From: Hemiscyllium ocellatum
Lineage: Eukaryota
Length of the DNA stretch: 64,000 bases
Assembly: GCF_020745735.1 (NCBI RefSeq)
Contig: NC_083412.1
Span: 66,678,320-66,742,319 of the forward strand
Direction of reading: 5' to 3'
The position numbers and the translations under genes are program-made. Positions 26,175 through 38,465 of this stretch are shown in pieces (position 1 is the stretch's first letter; every line of letters starts with the position of its first letter). The notes under the pieces were generated by a model. The model worked only from the letters and a program-made list of their open reading frames with translations, was not told the DNA's origin and did not search any database.

Positions 26175-26520
26175 ACATTGAACTGTATGCCAGAGGAATG
26201 GGCCCTTTGAACATGGCGTCAATTAAACTAACCCTTCTGCCTACCTTTGGACCAGATCCATCCAGTTCTTGCATATTCATGTACTTTTATAAAAGTCTCT
26301 TAAACATCCCTATTGTATCTGCCTCCATCACCATCCCTCAGCAGTACATTCCAGACTCCTATCACTCTGTGCAAAAACCTTGCCCCTCACATCTCCTTTG
26401 AAGTTTCTCCATCTCACCTTAAATGCATGCCCCCAGTTTTAGACATTTCAACTCTGGGAAAAAAATTCTGACCGTTAACCCTATCAATGCATCTCACAAG
26501 TTATAGACTTCTATTAGAAT
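26175..26520 (-). mobile_element. CR1 3' fragment
   Basis: Typical CR1 3' end (gcaaaaaccttgcccctcacatctcc...ttagacatttcaactctgggaaaa). Confidence 0.7.
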
Positions 26521-26679
26521 TGGTGTTTTATTATTGTGGTGAGGTTTTGGAAATTATTGGTTCAATTACTAAACTTAGAGTTCAATGAGCTTTTGTTATT
26601 GGTCTTTGATGTGTTTGTTGTTCACTACTGTATATGGTTAGCTTACATAACATATAGAACTGAAAATTCAGTTTTAAAA

Positions 26680-27632
26680 ACAAAGAACAAAGGAAATTTA
26701 CAGCCCAGGATCAGGCCCCTGCCCTGTGCCAATCCAAACCTAATGTCTAAACCTATCACCCAGTTCCTAAGGATCTGTATCCTTCTGCTCCTCACCTATA
26801 ATGCATCTGTCCAGGCACACCTTAAATGAATCTACCATGCCTGCCTCTATGACTTCTGCTGGCAACATGTTCCAGGCACCTACCACTCTCTGTGTAAAGT
26901 ATGTTCCACATGTATCCCCCTTAAACGTTTCTCCTCTCACCTTGAACGTGTGACCTCTCGTTATTGAATCCCTCACCCTGGAAAAAGGCTTATCTCTATC
27001 TACCCTGAATAAACCCTTTAAGATTTTGTAGACCTCAATCAGGTCCCCATTCAATCTCCTTTTTTCTTATAGAAACAATCCTAACCTACTCAACCTCTCT
27101 TCATAGCCAGCACCTTCCATACCAGGGAACATATTGTAAACCTTCTCTGCAACCTCTTCAAAGCATCCACATCCTTTTGGTAATGTGGCGACCAGAACTG
27201 TACATAATATTCTAAGTGCAGTCGAACCAAAGTCTTGTACAATTTTAACATGACCTGCCAGCTCTTATACTCAATACCCCATCCGATGAAGGCAAACATG
27301 CCATCTGCCTCCTTGACCTCTCTATCCACCTGTGTAGCCACCTTCAGGGTACAATGGACCTGAACTCTCAGATATCTCTGCTCATCAACTTTTCCCAAGG
27401 TTCTTTCATTTATAGTATAGTTCGCTCTGGAATTAGGTCTCCCAAAATGCATCACCTCACATTTGCCCAGATTGAACTCCATCTGCCACTTCTCCGCCCA
27501 ACTCTCCAATTGATCTATATTATCCTGTATTCTTTTACAGTCCCCTATGCTTCTGCTACTCTACCAATCTTTGTGTCATCTGCAAAGTTAGTGATCAAAC
27601 CTACCAATGTCCTCTTCCAGATCATTTATGTA
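26680..27632 (-). mobile_element. CR1 LINE 3' portion
   Basis: ORFs 27090..27509 (WAEKWQMEFN, YKTLVRLHLEY) and 26767..27054 (GDLIEVYKIL, FTQRVVGAWN). Confidence 0.9.
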
Positions 27633-27864
27633 TATCACAAACAACAGTGTTTTATTGAGTGGGATATCTTAAAGTTCATTTATAACACGACTTTCAAGGC
27701 TATGGCCTTTCTTAATTTCAAAAAAGTACTTTATTCATAAAAATATCTTGATGCGCATACATATTCACTGAAGCAGTTTGATTCTGTAAGTAACATATGT
27801 AGAAACAAACAAACATTGGAGTTTAACCCTTTTCAGTCAACAAAACAAAGACATTCTTATTTGT

Positions 27865-28095
27865 ACAAATTCAGAAGTCATATGACACCAGGTTACAGTC
27901 CAATAGCTTTATTTGAAATCACAAGCTTTCGGAGTGCTACTCCTTCATCAGGGAAAGTAATCCTTTTTCACTTATCTGGTGAAGGAACAGCGCTCCAAAA
28001 GCTTGTGATTTCAAATGAACCTGTTGGACTGTAACCTGCTGTAATGTGATTTCTGACTTTATCAACTCCAGTTTAACATCAGCGTTTCCACATCA
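27865..28095. mobile_element. Short palindromic PLE-related retroposon (relative of 14585-14787)
   Basis: Arms caggttacagtccaa...atttgaaatcacaagctttcggag / ctccaaaagcttgtgatttcaaat...ttggactgtaacctg. Hammerhead core on minus at 27924-27951, degenerate core on plus at 27976-28003. Possible TSD tcttatttgt / tcttacttgt. Confidence 0.75.
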
Positions 28096-28409
28096 TCTTA
28101 CTTGTTCATTATTTTATGTATATATATTTGAGGCATGGCTGGGGGCAGGGGAAATCTGATAACTGAAGGGGCACCCAGTTAATTTTGCCAGAAAGACTTC
28201 AGACAATGGTATTTTTCCGCTTCACCCACAAGGCTATGATCTACAGATGTACACATATAGCCTGTGCTATGCTTACTGGTGCACATTACACCCACAAGTA
28301 TCACTAACTGACCCCATTACACGGTGAGAGTGACCACAGTACAGCCAGGTACTTTTGTACTAAAATGTCACATGTTACCACGTAATTGTCTTAAAGGTAC
28401 AGGCCAATC

Positions 28410-29060
28410 TTTATTGTCACGTGAACCTACATATAGTGAAAAGCTTTGTTTATGAGCAGTTCAGGCAGATCATAATAAGCCAGGACATACAAAACATAGG
28501 TTGAAAAAAACCTTGGGCAGAGGCATACAGGTTATGTTGCACATGGCGTGAATTATGCAAGATCAGCATTATTTGAAGCTAGAGAGTCCATTCATCAGTC
28601 TAATAACGGCCGGGAAGAAGCTGTTCTTGAATGTGAATGTGTTCAAGCTTCTGTATCTTCTGCCTGATGGAAGAAGTTGTAGGCGAGCATTACCGGGTCT
28701 TTGATGATGTTGACAGCCTTCCCGCAGCACCAAGCCATGTAGGTGGAGTCCATGGATGCAAAGTTGGCTTCTGTGATGGTCTGCGCTGTGCACACAACCT
28801 TCTGTAGTTTCTTACAGTCCTGGGCAGAGCAGTTGTCATACCAGGCCATCATGTACCCAGTCAGTATGCTTTCTATGGTGTATCTGTAAAAGTAAGTGAG
28901 GTTCCTGATGGACATGCCAAATGTCCAGAGCCACCTGAAGAAGAAGCGGCATTATTATGCCTTCTTGACCATCGCATCTACGTGGTAAGTCCAGGAGAGG
29001 TATACTATTGTACACTAAGAGCAAAAGGACAATGAAGGAAAGGGTTGGGCCAATCAGTAA
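28410..29060 (-). mobile_element. Rex1/Babar LINE 3' fragment
   Basis: ORFs 28643..28915 (FYRYTIESILTGYMMAWYDNCS...KLQKVVCTAQTI) and 28569..28793 (LLPSGRRYRSL...FKNSFFPAVIRLMN) are characteristic Rex1 C-terminal motifs. Confidence 0.85.
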
Positions 29061-29069
29061 AGAACATGA

Positions 29070-29420
29070 TAACTTGTGCATGGATGCCGAAGAGTGGGCA
29101 ACATTCGAACTGAATATTTTTCTTTGACTTCACAAATGAAAGGGATGAAACAGACATTCTAGTTAAAGAGGAGGTGTGTGTAACGTTAGCTAAAATAAGC
29201 AGAATGAGAATAGTAGCACAGGAGGAACTGATATTGAAGATGCATTATTCACCAAGGTCAGATGGATTTAATCCTTGGCTGTTAAATGAAACCAAGGAGG
29301 AAATAATGGACAATCTGAGAATCATTCTCTAATCCTTATTAGGTATAGGCAGGGATGAAGAAGATTAAAGGTTCACAAACGTTGTACTACTAATCAAAAA
29401 CTGTACAAGGGATAAACTGA
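29070..29420 (+). mobile_element. Decayed CR1 fragment (EN-RT linker)
   Basis: Degenerate SxxPDGFNPWLL.E...EI...L..I motifs. Confidence 0.6.
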
Positions 29421-29428
29421 ACATAACG

Positions 29429-30511
29429 GGAAAATGTGTTGGAAAAGCGCAGCAGGTCAGACAGCATCCAAGGAGCAGGAGAATCAACGTTTCGGGCATA
29501 AGCCCTACTTCAGGAATGAGGAGGGTGTGCCAAGCAGGCTAAGATAAAAGGTAGGGAGGAGAGACTTGGGGGAGGGGTGTTGGGAATGTGATAGGTGAAA
29601 GGAGGTTAAGCTGAGGGTGATAGGCCGGAGAGGGGGTGGGGGGTGGAGAGGTCGAGTAGTAGATTGCAGGTCAAGAAGGTGGTGCTGAGTCTGAGGGTTG
29701 GGACTGAGATAAAGTGGGGGGAGGGGAAATGAGGAAGCTGGAGAAATCTGGATTCATCCCTTGTGGTTGGAGGGTTCCTAGGCGGAAGATGAGGCGCTTT
29801 TCCTCCAGGCGTCATGTTGTCATGGTCTGGCGATGGAGGAGGCCAAGGACCTGCATGTCCTTGGCGGAGTGAGAGGGGGAGTTAAAGTGTTCAGCCATGG
29901 GGCGGTGGGTTGGTTGGTGCGGGTGTCCCAGAGGTGTTCTCTGAAATGTTCCGCAAGTAGGCAGCCTGTCTCCCCAATGTAGAGGAAGCCACATCGGGTG
30001 CAGCGGATGCAGTAAATGATGTGTGTGGAGGTGCAGGTGAATTTGTGATGGATATGGAAGGATCCCTTGGGGCCTTGGAGGGAAGTGAGGGGGGAGGTGT
30101 GGGCGCAGGTTTTGCATTTCTTGCGGTTGCATGGGAAGGTGCCGTGAGTGGGGGTTGGGTTGGTGGGGGTGTGTGGATCTGATGAGGGAGTCGCGGAGGG
30201 AGTTCTCTTTCTGGAACGCTGATAGGGGAGGGGAGGGAAATATATCCTTGGTGGTGGGGTCTGTTTGGAGGTGGCGGAAATAACGAAGGATGATATGATG
30301 TATCTGGAGGTTGGTGGGGTGGTAGGTGAGGACCAGTGGGGTTCTGTCCTGGTGGCGATTGGAGGGGCAGGGTTCAAGGGCAGAGGGATGGGAAGTGGAG
30401 GAGATGCGGTGGAGAGCATCGTCAACCACGTCTGAGGGGAAATTGCGGTCTTTGAAGAAAAAGGCCATCTGTGTTGTTCAGTATTGGAATTGGTCCTCCT
30501 GGGAGCAGATG
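29429..30511 (-). mobile_element. Penelope-like element 3' 1.1 kb
   Basis: ORFs 29812..30468 and 29820..30614 (CNRKKCKTC, IIYCIRCTRCGFLYIGET); terminus at 29429-29520. Confidence 0.92.
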
Positions 30512-30514
30512 CGG

Positions 30515-31370
30515 TGGAGGCAAAGGAATTGGGAATGTGGGACGGCGTTTTTACAGGGCATGATGACATCAATGGTTTGGTTAAATGGGTGGAAAAGTGG
30601 GAAATGGAATTCAATTCGGAGAAGTGTAAAGTTATGCACTTGGGAACAGCAAAGAAAACCAGAGAACAGACAGTAATCAGGAAGGTATTCAGAGGAGTCC
30701 AGGAAGAGAGAGGCCTTGGAGTGCATATTCACAGGTGACGAGACTGACAGATAAGTGATACCAAAGGTATAAGGGATGCTTTCCTTTGTTGAGCAAGATA
30801 CTGGCTATAACAGAAGGAAAGGAATGCTGAAAGTATATAAAATTCTGGTTAGAGCACTTCTAGAGTTTTGTGTCCAGTTCTGGTCACCACATCACAGTAA
30901 GGACATAAATGCTTTCGAGAGAGTATGGGGACATCTACAAGAATGTTTCCAGTTTTTGAAAATTGCAGCAATGAGGAAATATTTAGTAAATTAGGCCTGT
31001 TTTCCTTAGAACACACTTAATCAAGATGTACAAAATAATAAGGGGCTTTGATAGAATGGTCAGGGAAGACCTGTTCTCTGTAGTGCAGAGAGGTCAATTA
31101 TCAAGGGCCACACAAGGTGATCAGCAGAAGGATCACTGGGAACATGAGGAAAGATCTTTCTCACTCAGATAGTGGTGGATATCTAGAATTCTTTGCCCTG
31201 ATTTGGTGATTGAAGCTGATTTAATGGAACAGATCTGCCTCTGAAGCTCTGTCATCTACAAGGCTATAGAAGAGATGCTGGAAAGTGGGATAGGAATTGG
31301 CAGCTAATTTACTCAGCCCCTGCTAATATGATGAGATCTTTTTGTGCTCAACCTTTCAATGAATCAATGA
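30515..31370 (+). mobile_element. Decayed CR1 3' portion
   Basis: LVKWVEKWEMEFNSEKCKVMHLG and YKILVRALLEFCVQFWSP. Confidence 0.85.
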
Positions 31371-31699
31371 TTCCTACCACAAAACAATCAACTTATTTTT
31401 AAACTTAGTGTTCAGCACAGGAGAGAGACTGTGCTCCAACCTTGGTCGTAACACAATTAACCTCAAGTTGAGCTTGAAGGACAGTACCTCACTCCAGCCC
31501 CAACACTGGGCTCAGCAATTTCCGACCTTAACCTCAGGCCCCGTCTGCTTCCTTTTGAAGTTTGAGGTTTTACTTGTGATTTTTTTCTGTTTTTGTTTTT
31601 GGATGGCAGATACTTACCATTCTGTGATTCTCACCACCTCCAGAAAGCATATGAGAAGAGATTGGCATCTAACTTAAAAGGAAATCCAAACTCTTCTAT

Positions 31700-32340
31700 A
31701 GCATGTAAATAGTAAAATAGTGATAAAGAGTGGGGAATGGGTGTGTCAGTTAGGGATCCAAAAACAGATACATGCATTGACAAATAAATTTGCATCTGGC
31801 TTTACAAAGGAAGAAGCAGTTATACAGGTCATGATGAAAGAGAAGATAGTTTAGACACTTGAAGGGTTTACATTTAATAAGAAGAAAATATTGCACAGGC
31901 TGTTTAAATTGAAATATTATTATGTACTATAACCAGATTTGATACATTTGAAGGAAGTCAGAGTGAAAAAGAATTAGCCATAATTTTCCAATCTTCCTGC
32001 AATTCAACAGTGGTGCCAGAGCTCTGCAGATGTGTAAATTCAATATCTTTGTTTAAATAAGGGTCTGAAGATAGGTCCAGCAACTATAGGCCATTGATTT
32101 AATGTCGCGGATGGAGAAGCTTCTGGAAACAACATTTCAGAGCAAAATGTATAGCATTTAGAAAAATGGACATAGACTGAGAAAAATGTGGCTTTATTAA
32201 GAGAAAATCTTGTTCAACTAATTTATGGAGTTCTTTGATGACATATTAGAGAGGGTTGATCAGGGTAATCCTAGTTATGTTTTGCAAATTTACTTCCAAA
32301 GGCATTTGCCGTACAACTTGTGATCAAAATTAAAACTGAC
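31700..32340 (+). mobile_element. Highly decayed CR1 fragment
   Basis: Degenerate NYRP, GF.K.KSC.TNL.EFFD and DF.KAF motifs. Confidence 0.55.
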
Positions 32341-32584
32341 GTAATGAAAAGGGCAGTAATAATGCAGATATGAAAATGTCTGTAGAGAAGTGGTTAATGA
32401 TTGGTCCTTAAATTGGTGGAAGGTTTCTCACTTAAATCCCCAGGAGTCGGTCCACAAGTGGAGCACAGAAATGCTACGATTCGAGTCACAAGATTACCAG
32501 CAGGAATATCGAACAAATAAAAAGCAATGATATTTTTACTGATACTGTTATGATACATCTGCAACAGGTGGACTGGTAAAGTGA

Positions 32585-32890
32585 ACATAGAAACACACAG
32601 TGTGAAAAAAGGCCATTTGGCCACCAAGTCTGCACTAACCCTCTGAAGAGCAACCCACCCAGAGTCAGCCCACCCATCCTATCCCCATTACCCAACATTT
32701 TCCATGGCCAACCAGACTACCCTGCATATCCTTGGACAATGGGAGGGGATTGGACCATCCAGTGGAAATCCATTCAGACCCAGGGAGAATGTGCAAACTC
32801 CATACAGACACTCATTCAAGGTGGAAATGAACCCAGCTCCCTGGCGATGTGTGGCGATGTGCTGACCACTGAGCCACCATGATGCCCAGT
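32585..32890 (-). mobile_element. Older V-SINE/HE1-like SINE
   Basis: Head ggtggctcagtggtcagcac..., core tgtatggagtttgcacattctccc, tail ggccttttttcacactgtgtg. Confidence 0.7.
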
Positions 32891-33137
32891 GGCAAGTTAC
32901 TTTTTTCCTCATGTCAGTTCTTTCACCATCTGTCACTGACTTGAATGAACAATGTATTTATGGGTCCTGCCTTTGTCTGCCAACATTGCTCATTATTCCA
33001 GAATTACCCGAATTATAGAGAAAGCGACTGACTTCCATTCTCTACTACAAAATATCTTCTTTAAACTCTCTCTTCCATGCCCAGCTCTAATGATAATTGT
33101 GAGAATTTCTCAGAACAGTTAGGAAGCTTGACTAGAC

Positions 33138-34500
33138 AAAAGTGAGGACTGCAGATGCTGGAAACCAGAGTTTAGATCAGAGAAAAGCACAGCAGGTCAG
33201 GCAGCCTCCGAGGAGGAGGGAAATTGACGTTTCGGGCAAAAGCCCTTCATCAGGAATAGAGGCAGGGTGGAGAGATAAATGGGGATGGAGGGTGTGTGGA
33301 GGGGGGGAGGGGGGCCCTGGGGTGAAGATAGCAAAGAGTACAATAGGTGAATGGGGGGAGAGTGGAGGTGATAGGTCAGAGAGGAGGGTGGAGCAGATAG
33401 GTGGGAAGGGAGATTGGCAGGTAGAGCAGGTCATGGGGATGGTGCTGTGCTGGAAGGGTGGAACTGGGTAAGGTGGGGGGAGGAGAAATGAGGAAACTGG
33501 TGAAGTCCACATTGATCACCTGTGGTTGAAGGCGGAAGATGAGGCGTTCTTCCTCCAGGCATCAGGTGGTGAGGGAGCGGCAGTGAAGGAGGCCCAGGAC
33601 CTCCATGTCCTCAGCAGAGTGGGAGGGGGAGTTGAAATGTTGGGCCATGGGGCGGTGTGGTTGATTGGTGCAGGTGTCCGAGAGATGTTCCCTGAAGCGC
33701 TCTGTGAGGAGGCGCCCAGTCTCCCCAATGTAGAGGAGACCGCATCGGGAGCAATGGATACAATAAATGATATTGGTGGATATGTAGGTGAAACTTTGAT
33801 GGATGTGGAAGGCTCTTTTGGGGCCTTGGATGGTGGAGAGGGAGGAGGTGTGGGCGCAGGTTTTGCAATTCCTGCTATGGCAGGGAAGGGTGCCAGGAAG
33901 GGAGGGTGTTTGTTGGGGGGGCATGGACCTGACCAGGAGGGAACGTCTTTGTGGAAAGCAGAAATGGGTGGGGAGGGAAATATATCTCTGGTGGTGGGGT
34001 CTGTTTGGAGGTGGCGGAAATGTCGTTGGATGATATGGTTAATGCGAAGGTTGGTAGGGTGGAAAGTGAGAACCGGGGGTTCTGTCCTTGTTACGGTTGG
34101 AGGGGTGGGGTCTGAGGGCTGAGGTGCGGGATGTGGATGAGATCTGATGGAGGGCATCGCCAACCACATGAGAAGGGAAATTGTGATCTCTAAAGAAGGA
34201 GGCCACCCTCCACCCTCCCCTCTGACCTATCACCTTCATCCCCACCCCCATTCACCTATTGTACTCTTTGCCACGTTCCCCCACCCTCCTCTCTGACCTA
34301 TCATCTCCATCCCCACCCCCATTCACCTATTGTACTCTTTGCTACCTTCTCCCCAGCACCCCAACCTCCCCACCCCATTTATCTCTCCACCCTGGAGGCA
34401 CCCTGCCTCTATTCCCGATGAAGGACTTTTGCCCGAAACATCGATTTTCCTGCTCCTCAGATGCTGCCTGAACTGCTGTGCTTTTCCAGCACCACTCTGA
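33138..34500. mobile_element. Penelope-like element (minus, 33138-34205) with inverted terminal copy (plus, about 34205-34500)
   Basis: ORFs 33562..33924 (CHSRNCKTC, IIYCIHCSRCGLLYIGETGR) and 33516..34169; opposite-facing termini. Confidence 0.88.
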
Positions 34501-35009
34501 TCTAAGTTACAAAGTTTGAGCCTGTCTATTCAGCTGCCCCTGTCTCTAACATCTGCTCCCCCCAGACCATTGGGCCAAACCATCTTCAAATGTGCTCCCT
34601 GCACTCATTGTGATCTTACTTCTCTCTTTGATTTCTCTGCTTTCAGTCCTCAAACCCCTTCTGAGCTTATTTTGTCCATGGGACCCAATTACTGTTCCCT
34701 CCTGAATTCCTTACCTGACTCTGTTGTTAGTCAAAGCTTCTCTCTTCTTGGCTCTGTCTGCTGTCGTTAAGGTAATATAAATGTTAATGTTGAAGACTAC
34801 CTTAGGCTCGACCCAATCACGTTGTGTCACATGGTCCTTGAGTGGAAAAGGTTCAGTCTAACAGAAAGATGTATCACCTCAGGCTCCTATTAGTTTTTGT
34901 GGTTGTGCCTAACCAGTTAAAATAACTTGTATCTCTTGTGATCATGCAATAAGTTGTATCTTCTTGTTAAGACAAGTGCCTCTTCTTATTAAGGCTCAAT
35001 GGTTATTTA

Positions 35010-35705
35010 TTCTTCACCATTAGTAGAAAGTAAAGTAGCAGGTAGATAGGATGGTGAAGAAGGCATAAGGTATGTTTTCCTTTATTGGGCAGAGCATTGA
35101 ATATAGGAGTTGGGATGTCATATTGCTGCTGTACAGGACAATAATTAGGCCACTTTTGGAATATTGTGTGCAATTCTGGTCTCCTTCCTATCGGGAAGAT
35201 GTTGTGAAACTTGAAAGGGTTTAGAAAAGATTTACAAAGATGTTGCCTGGGTTGGAGGATTTGAGCTATAGGGAGAGGCTGAAACGGCAGAGGTTGTTTT
35301 CCCTGGAGCGTCAGAGGCTGAGGGGTGACCTTATAGAGGTTTATAAAATCATGAGGGGCACGGATAGGATAAATAGACAAAGTATTTTCCCTGGGGTGAG
35401 GGAGTCCTGAACTAGACGGCATAGGCTTAGGGTGAGTGGAAAAATATAAAAGAGACCTACGGGGCAACGTTTTCACATAGAGGGTGGTACGTGCATGGAA
35501 TGAGATGCCAGAGGAAGTGGGGGAGGCTGGTACAATTGCAACATTTAAAAGGCATCTGGATAGGTATATATAATAGAAAGAGTTTGAAGAGATATGGGCC
35601 AGATGCTGGCAAATGGGACTTGATTAGGTTGGGACATCTGGTCAGCATGGATGTGTTGAAACGAAGGGTCTGTTTCCGTGCTGTACATTTCTATGACTTT
35701 ATGAC
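35010..35705 (+). mobile_element. CR1 LINE 3' fragment
   Basis: Same family as 16962-18045 in opposite orientation; tail tgctgtacatttctatgactttatgac. Confidence 0.9.
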
Positions 35706-35869
35706 AATGCTCATGGTGTTGATGTGGCTTTAAGGTGTGGTGGATTTCTGTCTGAATTGACCCCTGTTCAGATGGATTTTCACATTAATCCCAGACTCTG
35801 AAGCCACCCTTGGGTACCTGCACACTATTATTTGAATTGAACTGTGGAAATTCACTCATTGTCCTTCCA

Positions 35870-35988
35870 AAGTTAAAAATCACACAACACCAGGTTATGG
35901 TCCAACAGGTTTAATTGGAAGCACACTAGCTTTTTAACTCTGTACTTTGTACAACCCAGTCCAACACCAGTATCTCCAAATCATGACT
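35870..35988. mobile_element. Internally deleted member of the palindromic retroposon family
   Basis: aaagttaaaaatcacacaacaccaggttatggtccaacaggtttaattggaagc matches 14614-14670. Perfect 12-bp TSD attgtccttcca (35858-35869, 35989-36000). Confidence 0.8.
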
Positions 35989-36167
35989 ATTGTCCTTCCA
36001 GTTAGCATGCTGGCATTGCCAAAGCTGCACTATACATCCTTCATTTCTTATCTTCACCTGCCTCTCAGACTCGCCCTGGTTAGTTGATGTTGGTCACCCT
36101 CTAGCCTGTTATTTGATGTTGGTGGTGGGAGTCTTCCCCCCTTACCAATGGGGACCTGAGATGGGGC

Positions 36168-36192
36168 GGGGGGGGGGGGGGGGGGGGGGGGG
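36168..36192 (+). repeat. Poly-G run (25 G)
   Basis: Read directly from the sequence. Confidence 0.95.
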
Positions 36193-37572
36193 AGGTTGAT
36201 CTATGCAACAGAACTGTGCAGCTTTGAGTTAAGTGTGATCACAGATTTCCAGGCTATCTATTATATCTGCAGCCTTGTGGAGTCTGTGGGCCATGTTCAG
36301 GTAGATTGTTATGGACCTTGGCATTGTTAAACTTTAGGTTATACTTCAGTGCCATTCCCCTGAGCTTTGTGGATCTGGTGCTGGGAAAGGTGGCAGGTTG
36401 GAGAACATCTTCATGGGTCTAATCCTGGACCTGGGCAGAACAGACATGGACAGGTCCGGGCTGTAGGCTGCAGAAGGGAACTGCTGAACCTGACAGCATG
36501 CCACACTTTCATGGCTGTGTCCACAGCAGGGTCTCCTTGGAGACGGAGCATGGAACCTTGTGCTTCATCAGCCCATCTGTTAAAATGACAGCTTTGTCTA
36601 AAATTTGAGAGATTTCTTTAGGAATTTTGACTTGCATTACAGTCCCTTTGTGGGTGGTTGACAGTTATAACTTTTATTTAATCTGGTCAATTGGTTTTAT
36701 TTTAAAGATAGTAGAAAAGTAGTAACATTCAAAACCAGCCAGAAGGCACGAGTGGTTGCCACAACAACATGATATCCATGCCTGCTTCAAACCTGCTTTA
36801 ATCACGCCTTTCCTCAAACAAAAAGCTTTTACTCAGCAAGGTTTACAGGCTATCATCCAATATCAATCTCCCCTTCAACTTGGGTGGGACTGCGTCTCCT
36901 AAATTATTGCCCATCTTTCCTGGGACTTTGTTTGAATCACTCCAAACAGATTTCCAACCAAGTCAAAATTCCATGTAAACAAAGTCGCAAATGACCTCCG
37001 ACGTGATTCCAAACTGCCACACACCGCAAAAGCACGAAGGTTATCAGACCCCAGTTCCCCTACTCAGCAATGCATGTACTTCATAAGAAGTGGGTCGGCC
37101 AAATGGAGAAGAAAGAAAACCCCTACTTGTGTCACATTATTTACAAACTTACATTAAAAAGGGAACCAAACTGAAAAACCCCTTCACATTTTAGCTCCAC
37201 TCCATTGTTACTTACCTTCTCCTTCCAACATGTTCCCAATGTCAGGCTGAAATTGCATCAGGAGCTCATAAATGACATGTTACTTACTAAAACCTCTATT
37301 TTCTTCAATCACAGCCTCTCTTTATAAAGCACAGGATCCTGTGTGCTTTCTGAACCTCTCTCATCCTGCCCTCTCATTCAATGATCTGTATTTAATACAC
37401 CCACATCTGTCTGCTCTTGCACCCCCTTTAAAATTCTAGCCTTTCTATTGTAATGTCTCTCTTCATTTTTCTTACCTACCTGGTCATTTATCACAGATCT
37501 GTTGGTGAAACCTTGCTGTGTGCAAGTTGTTGACCAGTTTTTGTCAAAATGACAGAGTGATGCAAGGCATAA

Positions 37573-37577
37573 ATATA

Positions 37578-37611
<34 letters not shown>
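37573..37611. repeat. (TA)n microsatellite
   Basis: Read directly from the sequence; one short interruption. Confidence 0.95.
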
Positions 37612-37649
37612 TTAAATACTTTATTTTGGATATTTGAATTTTTGACTGG

Positions 37650-38465
37650 TGGTATGTGGTTTGTTGTGTATTGAAAGTAGGTAATGATTATCATGTAAGT
37701 ATTTCTGCAGCTATAGTGATTTCTTCCTAAAATAAACAGTATAACAGAGCCTTGGAAGCTAATGGGCATCTGCTTATATTGGGAGAGCTTACAAGTTATC
37801 AAAGTAAACTATGTAGTGTATTAGGACTTCAGAAAGTTCTGGATTTTTTCTTTGGCTTAGGGAAACAATCTTATCTTAAAAAAGTTTAGGTTTTGGGATT
37901 CACTTGGGCAGTGTGCCGAAGTCTTGGTTGAAATTTGACATGTAAAACTGTTGCTTTTGAGAAAGGAAGGTAATTGAGGATTTTTAAGAAAGAGATTTAC
38001 CTCAATCTAAGGAGCGCAGCTTACGAATTCCAAACCAGAAGTATTTAGTTAAAATTGTGATGGGGTTGTATGAAGCCCAGTTATCTATTGAATGAAGGAA
38101 GAGGTTACCAGATTCTCATGGCGAGGAATCGGTGTTACAGTTTAATCAAACCTTGTGTGAAAAGGAAAGTCTCTCTAATATTTGAGTACTAAAATGGGAT
38201 ATTGGTGGATAAGGGAATTGTGGTTTTACCATGTATTTCAAAATCTGTAAACTCACGTTATATGTAAATAGTTTGGCCTGTTCTATTTAATTTTCATTTG
38301 CTTTGCTTTATAAACTTCTGTTTTATTGTAATCTGTGGCTTTTTGTTTTTGAAAGCTTTTGAAAGATCACCTCATCAGAATCAAAAAGTAGAAATGATCT
38401 ATCAGATCAGACCTCAGTCTGGGACGTGACTTAGTAAGCAGTCAGGATCAGCTGGGATCTTAACA
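37650..38465 (+). mobile_element. Possible solo LTR (Gypsy-like)
   Basis: Ends with ...cagctgggatcttaaCA after a T-rich, U5-like region. 5' boundary and TSD not found. Confidence 0.35.
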
